Source: a bacterium
GTDB lineage: Bacteria; Patescibacteriota; Microgenomatia; Levybacterales; UBA12049
Direction of reading: 5' to 3'
Length of the DNA stretch: 64,000 nt
NCBI GenBank assembly: GCA_021791545.1
Contig: JAJYWL010000016.1
Location: 219,704 to 283,703 of the forward strand
The position numbers were made by a program, and so were the translations under genes. Below are positions 19,925-29,275 of the stretch, piece by piece; within the stretch, counting starts at the first letter, position 1, and each line of letters opens with the position of its first letter. The notes beneath the pieces are model-generated. The model was given only the letters and a program-made list of their open reading frames with translations. It did no database searches and was not told the DNA's origin.

Positions 19925-20440
19925 TTATTGTATATTTTTCTTTATTTCATTAATACATTCTTCTAAGGCGTCCTCTTCAGTATTTAGAAAAATTGCATTT
20001 TCTATTGGATTATTAATTACTTTATTTAGTAGACTTTCAATTACATTTCTGTCCATTGGTGGTCTAATACCATTTGTCTGGTCAGATCTTTCTTTATCAC
20101 GCTTGATTAATGTTTCAATTGAACAATCAAGCTGATAAACAAAATATTTAATATTTCTTTTCTTAGCAATTTCAATTGCATTATTTGCATACTCAGATTT
20201 TTTAAATATTCCTTCGTAAACAACTGTATAACCTCTGTCCAACAGGTTTTCTAAAACTGCATAACATGTTTTAAAAACCTCATCTAAAGCCCTATCGTCG
20301 CTTGGGTTATCGAAAAACTCTTTTAAGTTATCTGTTTTAAACCAAACAACTTTGTTGTCAAAATCCCTTAATTGTTTTGCAATGGTTGTTTTGCCACTTG
20401 CAGGAGCACCCCGTAAGACTATTAAAGTTTGCATCATCAA
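19925..20440 (-). CDS. P-loop kinase-like ATPase (AAA_33/zeta-toxin-like fold)
   Basis: Walker A GAPASGKTT at the N-terminus; 171 aa. Confidence 0.6.
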   Translation of the reverse strand: MMMQTLIVLRGAPASGKTTIAKQLRDFDNKVVWFKTDNLKEFFDNPSDDRALDEVFKTCYAVLENLLDRGYTVVYEGIFKKSEYANNAIEIAKKRNIKYFVYQLDCSIETLIKRDKERSDQTNGIRPPMDRNVIESLLNKVINNPIENAIFLNTEEDALEECINEIKKNIQ

Positions 20441-20503
20441 AATTATATCATTTTTAGGAGTATTTGCTTTCTTTTATTAAAGGGCAGTTTAATTAGAAAT
20501 ATC

Positions 20504-21403
20504 TTATTCTTCCTTAATTATTTTCCAAACCTTTTCTCCTCCTAAGATTGTATCTGTCATAATCTTTTGATATGTAGTTAATAAAAAGGTAATTTTTGGT
20601 TCTTCATAGCTATACATAAGTTCGTCATTTATAAATTTTATGTAAAAGTTCATAATATGAAAATTAGGAAAGATAAGTATTATTTTAGGAAACTCTCCAT
20701 GCATGTTTTCGTAAAGAGCTAATTCGTTCTTTTCTTCTTTAAGTCTTATGTATTGTTTAATCCTATGTTTAATTGCATATTTTGGCATTTTTGGATCAAA
20801 GACTTCAATCATAAAACAATTATCTTCTATGGTTTCATTCCCTTTATATTTAAATTTTTCTACATATAGATCCGGGATAAACTGCTTAATGTTATTAAAT
20901 TCTTCAGTTGAACTTACTTGATTTAATTTCTCAATCCAGTTTTCAGTTTTACTAGAAATTTCATATTCAATCTCCGATTCTTTTTTACCTTTATTTTTAA
21001 GGTATTCAAAGATTTTAAATTGGGTATAAATCTCAGAGATTAGGATGCAGTGATTTATAAAAGTTTTAGAAGCATTTTTATCTTCATAGAACTTTTTAAG
21101 ATGTTTAATTTCAACTTCCCCTTCATTATTAGAGAATGATTGATAATTATATCTTGCCCAGATAATACCGTTGTTATTTAAGTAATATATTGCAGGTTTA
21201 GTATTTTCTAATAGCTTATGCGAATATATTCTTCCTAAATATTCTTTAGTAACTAAATCCTTAAGCCATACATTAATTCTTTTAGCATCTTTATGTCTTA
21301 ACAGCCTTTGTATTTGATGTCTATTAACAAATCTTAATTTAATTATTATTTCAAGTATTTCTTTTTGTTTATTTGTTATTTCAGGAAGTATTTTGTAGTT
21401 CAT
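20504..21403 (-). CDS. replication-relaxation (Replic_Relax) family protein
   Basis: N-terminal wHTH pattern ITNKQKEILEIIIKLRFVNRHQIQRLL; about 300 aa; very AT-rich. Confidence 0.55.
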   Translation of the reverse strand: MNYKILPEITNKQKEILEIIIKLRFVNRHQIQRLLRHKDAKRINVWLKDLVTKEYLGRIYSHKLLENTKPAIYYLNNNGIIWARYNYQSFSNNEGEVEIKHLKKFYEDKNASKTFINHCILISEIYTQFKIFEYLKNKGKKESEIEYEISSKTENWIEKLNQVSSTEEFNNIKQFIPDLYVEKFKYKGNETIEDNCFMIEVFDPKMPKYAIKHRIKQYIRLKEEKNELALYENMHGEFPKIILIFPNFHIMNFYIKFINDELMYSYEEPKITFLLTTYQKIMTDTILGGEKVWKIIKEE

Positions 21404-21642
21404 ATTGTATATTGTTTTTATGAGGCAGTTTATTAGAGGCAGTATTATTTACTTTAAGGGGATTATATCACTTTTGATTATCTTTTTATCTTTACTTACT
21501 TATTTTCTTTATTCTATATTTATATAGAAAAGGAAGGAATTATAATTTACTAATTTACCCTCAAAAATAGTATCATTCGTAGCTTCAGGCTTGTCCTAGC
21601 CGGAGGGGACAGAAATTAAGCGAACCACAAGATTATTGCCTC

Positions 21643-21672
21643 TTGACAACTATCTCGATTGAGATATATACT
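21643..21672 (+). promoter_or_regulatory. promoter TTGACA-N18-TATACT overlapped by nested TATCTC/GAGATA palindromes (operator-like)
   Basis: Hexamers and inverted repeats read directly (AACTATCTCgattGAGATAtatacTATCTCcaatGAGATAGTT). Confidence 0.45.
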
Positions 21673-21693
21673 ATCTCCAATGAGATAGTTAAT

Positions 21694-22017
21694 ATGCAAG
21701 CCTTAGAATTACCAATAACTCAAACTACGCACTACGAAGACAATATTTCTACTAATGAATTTACTTCTCAAGCCCTGACCACAAACCCCTTCAATGTACT
21801 AGATAATTCTTTCAATCGAATTTTTAACCAAAACTTTGAGGAAAAGATAGTTCTTCAAATGAGAAAAATGCTAGGAGAAAAAGCAAATACGCTTACTGAT
21901 GAGAAAGTCGAATGCTTGGCAACAGAATTTCAATTTCTTATTAATACCTGGCTTGATGAATATGAAAGAGATGTTTTTGGGGGAATGACTTTAAAAGAGG
22001 TTTTAAACGAAAAATAA
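21694..22017 (+). CDS. small hypothetical protein co-transcribed with the serine recombinase
   Basis: ORF ends 2 nt before the recombinase ATG; start at the first ATG after the promoter. Confidence 0.4.
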   Translation: MQALELPITQTTHYEDNISTNEFTSQALTTNPFNVLDNSFNRIFNQNFEEKIVLQMRKMLGEKANTLTDEKVECLATEFQFLINTWLDEYERDVFGGMTLKEVLNEK

Positions 22018-22019
22018 AC

Positions 22020-23549
22020 ATGAGAAATATTATTAATAATGATACAAAACGGGCAATTATCTATATTCGTGTTTCAACTGATGAACAGGTTGATAATTTC
22101 TCCTTGGAAACCCAACAAAAAATATGCATTCAGGAGGCAGAAAGACGTGGGATGGAGATTGTCAAAACTTTTAGAGAAGAAGGGAAATCTGCAAAGACAA
22201 TAATGGGAAGACCGGTTTTGATGGAACTTTTGGAGTTTTGTCGAAAAAATAAAAGAAATATTGATGCCGTAATTGTTTATAGATTAGATAGGGTTTCTCG
22301 TCAATTGCAAGATTATTTAGCTATTCGAAAAAGACTTGCAGAATATCAAATTACAATTATTTCCGCATCTGAACCCACCGGCAATAGTCCTACCGAAAGA
22401 TTTATTGAATCAATGCTTGCAAGTTTTGCTCAAATGGACAACGATGTTAGAGGCGAAAGAGCCAAGAATGGCTTAAAAGCAAGATTTTTAGCAGGACTTT
22501 CAAGCGGCACTCTTCCTCTTGGTTATATATACGAAAACGGATATGCGGTAAAAGATCCAAACACTTGGGATAAAATAAAAAACGCTTGGGAGCTTATGGC
22601 AACCGGCACAAAAACTCTTCAGGAAATGGCTACGCTTATGAATGAATGGGGTTTAAGACAAAGATATAATATTGGCGAACAAATTATTCGGGCGCAAGCT
22701 TTAAGCCGGATGTTTAGGAATAAATACTACATTGGTATTTTAGTTTCAAGTAAATATCCCGAACAGGTTCGCGCACAACATTTACCGATGATTTCCGAAG
22801 CCATTTTTTATAGAGTCCAGGCAGCAATTGACGGAAGAAGTAATATTGTTAAAACACAAGTTTCTAGGAGAAATAAAGATAATAAAGAGTTTCCTTTAAG
22901 AAGAATTTTAGTTTGTGATCATTGTGGAAATCCTGTAACAGGAGGATGGAGTAAGGGTAAACTTACTAGATACGCATATTATCGTTGCCAAAAAGGTTGT
23001 CGTGTTCCTTCTATTTCTGCAGATAAAGTACACGAGGCAACGACTCATTTTCTATCAGGTATAACACCAACAAAAGAAGGATTAGATGCTTTCATTGCGC
23101 TTTTAAGAAGAACATATTACGAGCGAGTCACACAATTACAAAAAAGAAGAGATGAAGCAGATAACGAACTGAAAAAATTATATGAACTTCGCCAGTCTTT
23201 AATTCAGAAAAATTTAGATGGTATTTATTCCGATGAAATATTCAAAGAACAGAACAAGCTTATTGAAGAGCAAATTGCAAATGTCCAAATTACTAAAGAT
23301 GATGCATTACTTGCAAAATACAATCTTGAGGCAATTATTAAATTTATGAAAGAAAAATTTTCAAATTTAGGAAAAACTTATCAGATGTCAAACTTAAGTC
23401 AACTCCGAGTGCTCTTGTGTTCAATTTTCCCCGCTGGTATGCGTTGGAGCTATCCGGGCTACTACAACACCGAAATTAGCCCGATATATCAATCTATTCG
23501 TATGTTTGATTGTAATCAGATCTCCTCTTGTCGGGGTGCCGAGAATTGA
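22020..23549 (+). CDS. large serine recombinase (integrase)
   Basis: N-terminus AIIYIRVSTDEQ resolvase catalytic motif, a recombinase domain, and a zinc ribbon CDHC..C..C; 509 aa. Confidence 0.85.
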   Translation: MRNIINNDTKRAIIYIRVSTDEQVDNFSLETQQKICIQEAERRGMEIVKTFREEGKSAKTIMGRPVLMELLEFCRKNKRNIDAVIVYRLDRVSRQLQDYLAIRKRLAEYQITIISASEPTGNSPTERFIESMLASFAQMDNDVRGERAKNGLKARFLAGLSSGTLPLGYIYENGYAVKDPNTWDKIKNAWELMATGTKTLQEMATLMNEWGLRQRYNIGEQIIRAQALSRMFRNKYYIGILVSSKYPEQVRAQHLPMISEAIFYRVQAAIDGRSNIVKTQVSRRNKDNKEFPLRRILVCDHCGNPVTGGWSKGKLTRYAYYRCQKGCRVPSISADKVHEATTHFLSGITPTKEGLDAFIALLRRTYYERVTQLQKRRDEADNELKKLYELRQSLIQKNLDGIYSDEIFKEQNKLIEEQIANVQITKDDALLAKYNLEAIIKFMKEKFSNLGKTYQMSNLSQLRVLLCSIFPAGMRWSYPGYYNTEISPIYQSIRMFDCNQISSCRGAEN

Positions 23550-23601
23550 ACTCGGCCCACACGCACCCCATGCGCGCATTCTACCGATAAACTACACCCC
23601 G
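23531..23601 (-). tRNA. tRNA-Pro (anticodon GGG)
   Basis: Manual cloverleaf: 7-bp acceptor CGGGGTG/CACCCCG, anticodon stem CGCGC/GCGTG, loop AUGGGGU, T-arm CCGAG-UUCAAUU-CUCGG. No encoded CCA. Confidence 0.75.
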
Positions 23602-23663
23602 AAATACCATAGTATTATATAACATTGAACTTATTTATTCATTAACTCTGATATACTTTTCTT

Positions 23664-24152
23664 ATGGAATTTACTATTTGTCCCGGATGTGGAGTAAGAC
23701 TTCTTAAATCCGATTCTTTGCCTGAGAAAAAATTTAATTCTTCCAAAGAATGCTGGGAGTTATTCTGCCAGTTATCAGCTCTCACTCCAAATTATGATGA
23801 AGAATTTATTCATCAAATGGCAATAGATACATATGAAGCGCAGCATGGAGGAGGGGATACAAAAAATATTGCAGTAGTTTTTGGACTAGCAGGATTATAT
23901 CTCTCCTTAGAGAACAATTATTCAGGAAGACAAGTTCAAAAAGCTCATATGGTTCTAGGAGAGAAAAATAAAGAATGGCCAAAATTAGAACCTCCAACTT
24001 TTAATTGGGAATATACAGTTAAAGATGTTTTGGATTCTTCTTTAGAGAAAGGTTTAAAAGAAGAGATAAGGAAATGGGCAGAAGTTACATGGAAAGGTTG
24101 GGGAGAGCAGCAAAAGACAATTGAAGATATCTGTAACTACTATTTATCTTAG
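23664..24152 (+). CDS. hypothetical protein (162 aa)
   Basis: ORF; TATACT lies 6 nt upstream of the ATG. Confidence 0.45.
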   Translation: MEFTICPGCGVRLLKSDSLPEKKFNSSKECWELFCQLSALTPNYDEEFIHQMAIDTYEAQHGGGDTKNIAVVFGLAGLYLSLENNYSGRQVQKAHMVLGEKNKEWPKLEPPTFNWEYTVKDVLDSSLEKGLKEEIRKWAEVTWKGWGEQQKTIEDICNYYLS

Positions 24153-24514
24153 TTTTTCTTAAGAAGTTTTCTTGAATAGTTTCCGATTATTCCCAAAACT
24201 ATTCCGCAGGCTCCTCCGAAGACTCCCAAAGCCCCAAAGGGAATAAATCTTGTAACTACTGGAGTAGTTCCTGTATATCCATGAACCATGAAGAAGAAAG
24301 AAACAAAAAATCCGAATAGGAAACCGTTTAAAAGAGCATTTCTTATTGTTTTAGAGAAATATCCAATTGTTACACCTGCCACTGTCCAGATTATTAGGTT
24401 ATATACTGAGCCTGCAAGAATATATTTTGCTAAAAGTCCTAATACAATTCCGGCAACTATGGAATAGACCATTACTCTTTGTTCTTGCTTCATTAAATTA
24501 GGATAGCTCTCCAA
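24149..24514 (-). CDS. small integral membrane protein
   Basis: Four predicted hydrophobic helices. Confidence 0.45.
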   Translation of the reverse strand: MESYPNLMKQEQRVMVYSIVAGIVLGLLAKYILAGSVYNLIIWTVAGVTIGYFSKTIRNALLNGFLFGFFVSFFFMVHGYTGTTPVVTRFIPFGALGVFGGACGIVLGIIGNYSRKLLKKN

Positions 24515-24585
24515 GATTAATAAGTCAATAAATTGATAGCTTTTGACCTCTTGATATTGTTCGTAAATTTTTCTATTATATCGTT

Positions 24586-25671
24586 ATGCCAAAAGCACAA
24601 GCTACAAAACAAATGCCTAACGGACACACAGAATCCTCTCAAAAACTTGAAGCAGTAAAGCTTGCAATGGAGCAAATCGAAAAACAATACGGAAGGGGAT
24701 CCATTATGATGATGGGTCAGGCAGGAAACAGATTCGACGTTTCAGTTATCTCCACAGGCTGTCTTCCCCTCGATTTAGCACTCGGTATGGGTGGAGTGCC
24801 AAGAGGGAGAATCATCGAAATTTATGGTCCTGAAGCTTCAGGAAAAACAACGATTTGTCTTTCCGTAATTGCACAAGCACAAAAACACGGAGGCGTTGCA
24901 GCATTTATAGATGCTGAACATGCCTTGGATCCGATCTGGGCCGAACGAATCGGAGTCAAACTTGAAGATCTTCTTATCTCTCAACCTGATACGGGAGAAC
25001 AAGCTTTGGAAATTGCAGAAAGCTTAATAAGATCGGGAGGAATTGACGTATTGGTAATTGATTCGGTTGCCGCATTAACACCAAGAGCAGAAATTGAAGG
25101 TGATATGGGAGATTCTTCAATGGGACTTCAGGCAAGACTTATGTCCCAGGCATTAAGAAAATTAACAGCAGTCATTTCTAAATCTAAAACAGTGGTAATC
25201 TTTACAAACCAATTAAGACAAAAAATAGGAGTAATGTTTGGAAATCCCGAAACAACAACGGGAGGACTTGCTCTTAAATTCTATGCGTCAGTCAGAATGG
25301 ATGTTAGAAAGATAGAGACATTAAAAGACGGAGATAAAGTTGTTGGCTCAAGACATAGAGTAAAGATTGTAAAGAACAAAGTATCTGCGCCATTTAGAAT
25401 TGCAGAATTTGATGTAACAGGAGAAACAGGAATCTCAAGAGAAGGCGGAATAATGGATGTAGGGGTAGACATGGGAATAGTCCAAAAATCAGGAGCATTC
25501 TTCAGATACGGAGAAACAATGCTTGGACAAGGAAAACAGGCCGCAATGATGTTTCTTAAAGAAAAACCAGATTTGGCAAAGAAAATAGTAGACGAGATAA
25601 TGACTAAATCAAAAACATCAGGAACTCCTGTTGAAGTAGGAGTAGAAGCACCTAAAGAAGAATCTCTTTAA
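24586..25671 (+). CDS. recA: recombinase RecA
   Basis: GPEASGKTT Walker A and RecA L1/L2 regions. Confidence 0.92.
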   Translation: MPKAQATKQMPNGHTESSQKLEAVKLAMEQIEKQYGRGSIMMMGQAGNRFDVSVISTGCLPLDLALGMGGVPRGRIIEIYGPEASGKTTICLSVIAQAQKHGGVAAFIDAEHALDPIWAERIGVKLEDLLISQPDTGEQALEIAESLIRSGGIDVLVIDSVAALTPRAEIEGDMGDSSMGLQARLMSQALRKLTAVISKSKTVVIFTNQLRQKIGVMFGNPETTTGGLALKFYASVRMDVRKIETLKDGDKVVGSRHRVKIVKNKVSAPFRIAEFDVTGETGISREGGIMDVGVDMGIVQKSGAFFRYGETMLGQGKQAAMMFLKEKPDLAKKIVDEIMTKSKTSGTPVEVGVEAPKEESL

Positions 25672-26159
25672 TGGATTTTGAAATCTATTACAACAAGTGT
25701 CTCCATTTTTTATCTTTCAGACCAAGAAGCGAAAAAGAATTAAGAGAGTATCTTCATAAACCTATCTTTATAAAGAAAGCTAATGAAGAGGAAAAGCGAG
25801 AAATAGAAAATACGATCCAAGCAATAATAAAAAAATTAAAAGAATATAGATTCTTGGATGATAATGATTTCGCAAGATGGTGGGTGGAACAACGAAGTAA
25901 ATATAAACCAAGGGCAAGAAGAGTTATTGCCATGGAATTAAAACAAAAAGGAATAGCAGTAGATGTTATAGAAGAAGTTTTGGAATCGGAAGAACTTCCA
26001 AGCGAGAAAGAAAAAGTAAGAAAGCTTGCAGAAAAAAGGATATTAAAATACAAAGATTTACCAAGACAAAAAATCTACGAAAAAATGGGAAGATATCTTG
26101 CTTCAAAAGGTTTTGACTGGGAAATTATAAGAGAAAGCATTGACGATTTAATTAAGTAA
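25671..26159 (+). CDS. recX: regulatory protein RecX
   Basis: Position after recA and a helical-repeat RecX-like sequence. Confidence 0.65.
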   Translation: MDFEIYYNKCLHFLSFRPRSEKELREYLHKPIFIKKANEEEKREIENTIQAIIKKLKEYRFLDDNDFARWWVEQRSKYKPRARRVIAMELKQKGIAVDVIEEVLESEELPSEKEKVRKLAEKRILKYKDLPRQKIYEKMGRYLASKGFDWEIIRESIDDLIK

Positions 26160-26255
26160 AGAGTATAATATATAAGACAAAAGGTGGATTATGAAAAGCT
26201 TAAGAATTTTTTCATTCCTTAAACTTCAAGCCTAAGAGATTAGGTTCTCCTTCTT

Positions 26256-27536
26256 TTGTCTTCAATTATTAATATGGCAGATAACGATTTAGCAATACTA
26301 GAAAAGAAACTTCTTGAAAGAGAAGAAAAATTAGATGCCGAGAAAGAAAAACTCGAAAAAGAAAAAGCTCATTTGCAACAGCTTAAGGATGAATATTCAG
26401 ATAAGCTTGCTCATGTCTCGGGCTTAACAAAAGATGAGGCAAGAGAAGAGCTTTTAAGACAAACTGAAGAAAGAGAAGCACAGACTGTTGCAAAAATAAT
26501 TAGGGAAAGACAGGAAGAAGCAAAAAGAACTGCAGATAAAGAAGGACAAGAAATCCTCGTAGATTCTATGCGCCACGGCGCCATCAACTTTATTCCAGAA
26601 TACACTGTCTCTGTGGTCAGAATTCCTGACGAAGAATTAAAAGGAAGAATAATCGGAAAAGAAGGAAGAAACATAAGAGCATTTGAACAGGCAACAGGAG
26701 TAGATGTTGATTTGGATGAAGAAGGAGTAATAAGACTTTCTTCTTTTGATCAGATAAGAAGGGAAGTTGCAAGAAGATCACTCGAAAAACTTATCAAAGA
26801 TACAAGGATCCAGCCTTTTAGGATTGAAGAAATTGTAGACCAGACAAAGAAAGAAGTAGAAAAAATAATGTTTGAGGAGGGAGAAAGACTTTCTCATGAA
26901 GCAGGAGTATTCAATCTTCCAGCAGAATTGATAGCAATCCTCGGAAGATTCAAATTCAGAACATCATATGGACAAAACTTGGTAGTTCATACCTTGGAAG
27001 ACGTTAAAATTGGAGTTCATATTGCACAAGAAATTGGAGCAGATGCTAATATTGTGCGACTCGGATGTCTCTTCCATGATATAGGAAAAGTAATGGAAGG
27101 TGAAGGAAGCCACGTAAAATTAGGAGTAGACCTTCTTAAAAGATTTAATATCCCCGACCAGATAGTAAATTGTGTCTGGGAACATCATGAAGACAAACCT
27201 TTTTCATCTGTTGAATCGGTAATAGTTCATATTGCAGATCAGATATCCGGAGCAAGACCTGGAGCAAGATATGAGGATGTAGAAGAATATGCAAATAGAC
27301 TTTCAGATATGGAAGAAATCGCAAAGAAATATGACGGAGTTGAAGACGCGTATGCATTTGAAGCAGGAAGAGAATTAAGAGTCATAATAAATCCGGGAAA
27401 ACTTGATGATGCACAGACGACAATAATAGCAGATAAGATAAGAGATGAGGTTGCTAAAGCATTGGCAGTTCCCGGAGAAATTAAAGTAACGGCAATAAGA
27501 GAATTTAGGGCAGTATCTACAGAGTTTTCTTCTTAA
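26256..27536 (+). CDS. rny: ribonuclease Y (KH + HD domains; no N-terminal TM helix)
   Basis: KH motif IIGKEGRNIR and HD motif LFHDIGK. Confidence 0.82.
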   Translation: MSSIINMADNDLAILEKKLLEREEKLDAEKEKLEKEKAHLQQLKDEYSDKLAHVSGLTKDEAREELLRQTEEREAQTVAKIIRERQEEAKRTADKEGQEILVDSMRHGAINFIPEYTVSVVRIPDEELKGRIIGKEGRNIRAFEQATGVDVDLDEEGVIRLSSFDQIRREVARRSLEKLIKDTRIQPFRIEEIVDQTKKEVEKIMFEEGERLSHEAGVFNLPAELIAILGRFKFRTSYGQNLVVHTLEDVKIGVHIAQEIGADANIVRLGCLFHDIGKVMEGEGSHVKLGVDLLKRFNIPDQIVNCVWEHHEDKPFSSVESVIVHIADQISGARPGARYEDVEEYANRLSDMEEIAKKYDGVEDAYAFEAGRELRVIINPGKLDDAQTTIIADKIRDEVAKALAVPGEIKVTAIREFRAVSTEFSS

Positions 27537-28198
27537 GGTTTATTTCCTTCTACTTCGTTAAGTAATTCAGCAATTTGTTTATATGCTAGTCTTCCTTCTT
27601 GAGTATCTCCTTGGGGAAAAGCTCCCCTAAGAATTCTTCCAACTGGAGCTCCGTCTAGTTTTGCAAGTTTAACTCTATCATTTTGAGTAATCAGTCTTGC
27701 TCTAAGCTCATTAAATCTTTTGGCAAGTTCATTATAGGCGTGTGGATCTATTGGTTTTTGAAGGTCAATTGAAGAGGGCTGTAAATCTTCTTTTCTTACT
27801 GCATTTATTCCTAACGTCTGTAAATGTTCACCTATTTTATCTCTTGAAACTCCAGTGGTAATTGCGGCATTAATTATTTCTTGTATATTTTTATTCATCA
27901 CATCTTGCGGAAGTTCTTTTTTTGCGTAAGCTCTTGAGATAGCATTTAGCCAACCTCTTTCCTCTGAAGGTTTTCTATTCCAACTTCCGTCAGGATTTTG
28001 TTCCTCCGGGCGCATGGCAGAAGGTCTAATAATTTCATCTCCTATTATTGGTGGTTCTTTTCCGGGGTTTGCTTCTTGGAAATCGAAAGGTTTTCGTGTA
28101 ACACCAAGCTCTACATCACTTGGTCCATTATCTATACCCATTAAAAAGAGAATAACATAATCTAAATATTGTTGCAAAATTCTTAGGGTATTTGGCAT
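27533..28198 (-). CDS. hypothetical protein (221 aa)
   Basis: ORF only. Confidence 0.4.
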   Translation of the reverse strand: MPNTLRILQQYLDYVILFLMGIDNGPSDVELGVTRKPFDFQEANPGKEPPIIGDEIIRPSAMRPEEQNPDGSWNRKPSEERGWLNAISRAYAKKELPQDVMNKNIQEIINAAITTGVSRDKIGEHLQTLGINAVRKEDLQPSSIDLQKPIDPHAYNELAKRFNELRARLITQNDRVKLAKLDGAPVGRILRGAFPQGDTQEGRLAYKQIAELLNEVEGNKP

Positions 28199-28217
28199 GA
28201 TATACTAAACAAATAAA

Positions 28218-28949
28218 ATGTATTACCACACCCATGTTTACTATTCAAGAAGGATAGATAAGAATTTGGATCCGCTAAAAATTGTAGGAAGTTTTCTTCC
28301 CGATCTTGCTCTTACTTCGGTAATTAATTTCAACGACCTACATAAAAAGAAAAGTACTTTAGATTTTTTTGATTATGTTAAAAATAATGAACCTTCATTT
28401 GAACCGCTTCTTACGGGAATAAAATATCATAATAATCTTGATTATACTTCCCATGTAGAATATAAAAATATAACTCCTGGATATGCATATTCTAGTATCA
28501 CTCCCCAACTTTATGATGCAGTTTCAAAGACCAATGTTTCCGAAGAACGTATAAAAGCTTCGTGCCATAATTACATAGAAAACGGAGTAGAATTTCATAT
28601 CTTATGTGAAGAGCCTTTTTTAGAATCATTGGTCAAAGACTCAATCGAGAATACAGATACAGAAAAACTTATAAAGTTATTATCCGGATTTTTTGGAAAA
28701 TCTGAAAATGAATTTAGAGAATCACTTAGAGTGTTTTTCTCTTTTGTAACCGGTTATGATTTCAGGGACATAAGTGGATGGGTAGATTTTACTGTAGATT
28801 TGAATAAGTATTATCTTAAAGTCGATATAGATAAAGAATTGACTAAAGAAGCTTTAAATATCGCACTTGATATAACTAAACCTACTTATAAAGAATATTT
28901 GGATTTTTCCATTGCTTTAGAGGATAAGGAAGTTAAAGACGCTAACTAA
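28218..28949 (+). CDS. hypothetical protein (243 aa)
   Basis: ORF only; divergent from the previous gene with a 19-nt gap. Confidence 0.4.
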   Translation: MYYHTHVYYSRRIDKNLDPLKIVGSFLPDLALTSVINFNDLHKKKSTLDFFDYVKNNEPSFEPLLTGIKYHNNLDYTSHVEYKNITPGYAYSSITPQLYDAVSKTNVSEERIKASCHNYIENGVEFHILCEEPFLESLVKDSIENTDTEKLIKLLSGFFGKSENEFRESLRVFFSFVTGYDFRDISGWVDFTVDLNKYYLKVDIDKELTKEALNIALDITKPTYKEYLDFSIALEDKEVKDAN

Positions 28950-29174
28950 CTATTTTTTTCTGTAAATCTCCCGCCAGTAGAAAAGAGCAGCAACAATATT
29001 CATGAATACAAAAGCAAACGCCCAGTCTGTCTTTGGATTTGGTACTTTTCCTATTCTGATAAAACATTCGGGAAGATCCTGATTATTTGTCATATCTAAA
29101 AACATCCACAGCCAAAATATTTCAAGAAGAAATGGTATTAGAACAATAATTAAATTAAAGTAGGATGTGGTCAT
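28950..29174 (-). CDS. small membrane protein
   Basis: Two hydrophobic helices; start at internal ATG (MTTSYF). Confidence 0.3.
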   Translation of the reverse strand: MTTSYFNLIIVLIPFLLEIFWLWMFLDMTNNQDLPECFIRIGKVPNPKTDWAFAFVFMNIVAALFYWREIYRKK

Positions 29175-29275
29175 ATGGAGATTATAATCTCCAAAAATCC
29201 CCTTGACAAGTTTTAGTTTAGCTTGTATTGTAAAGGATATTAACTCATCAGGGTAAGAAAGGAAGGTGAAATTTT

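Larger units (their letters stand above)
12767..23601. mobile_element. putative integrated mobile element/genomic island at tRNA-Pro; left boundary uncertain
   Basis: Integrase abuts the tRNA 3' end. Also a Replic_Relax gene, compositional heterogeneity, a gene remnant, and non-housekeeping cargo. Confidence 0.45.
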
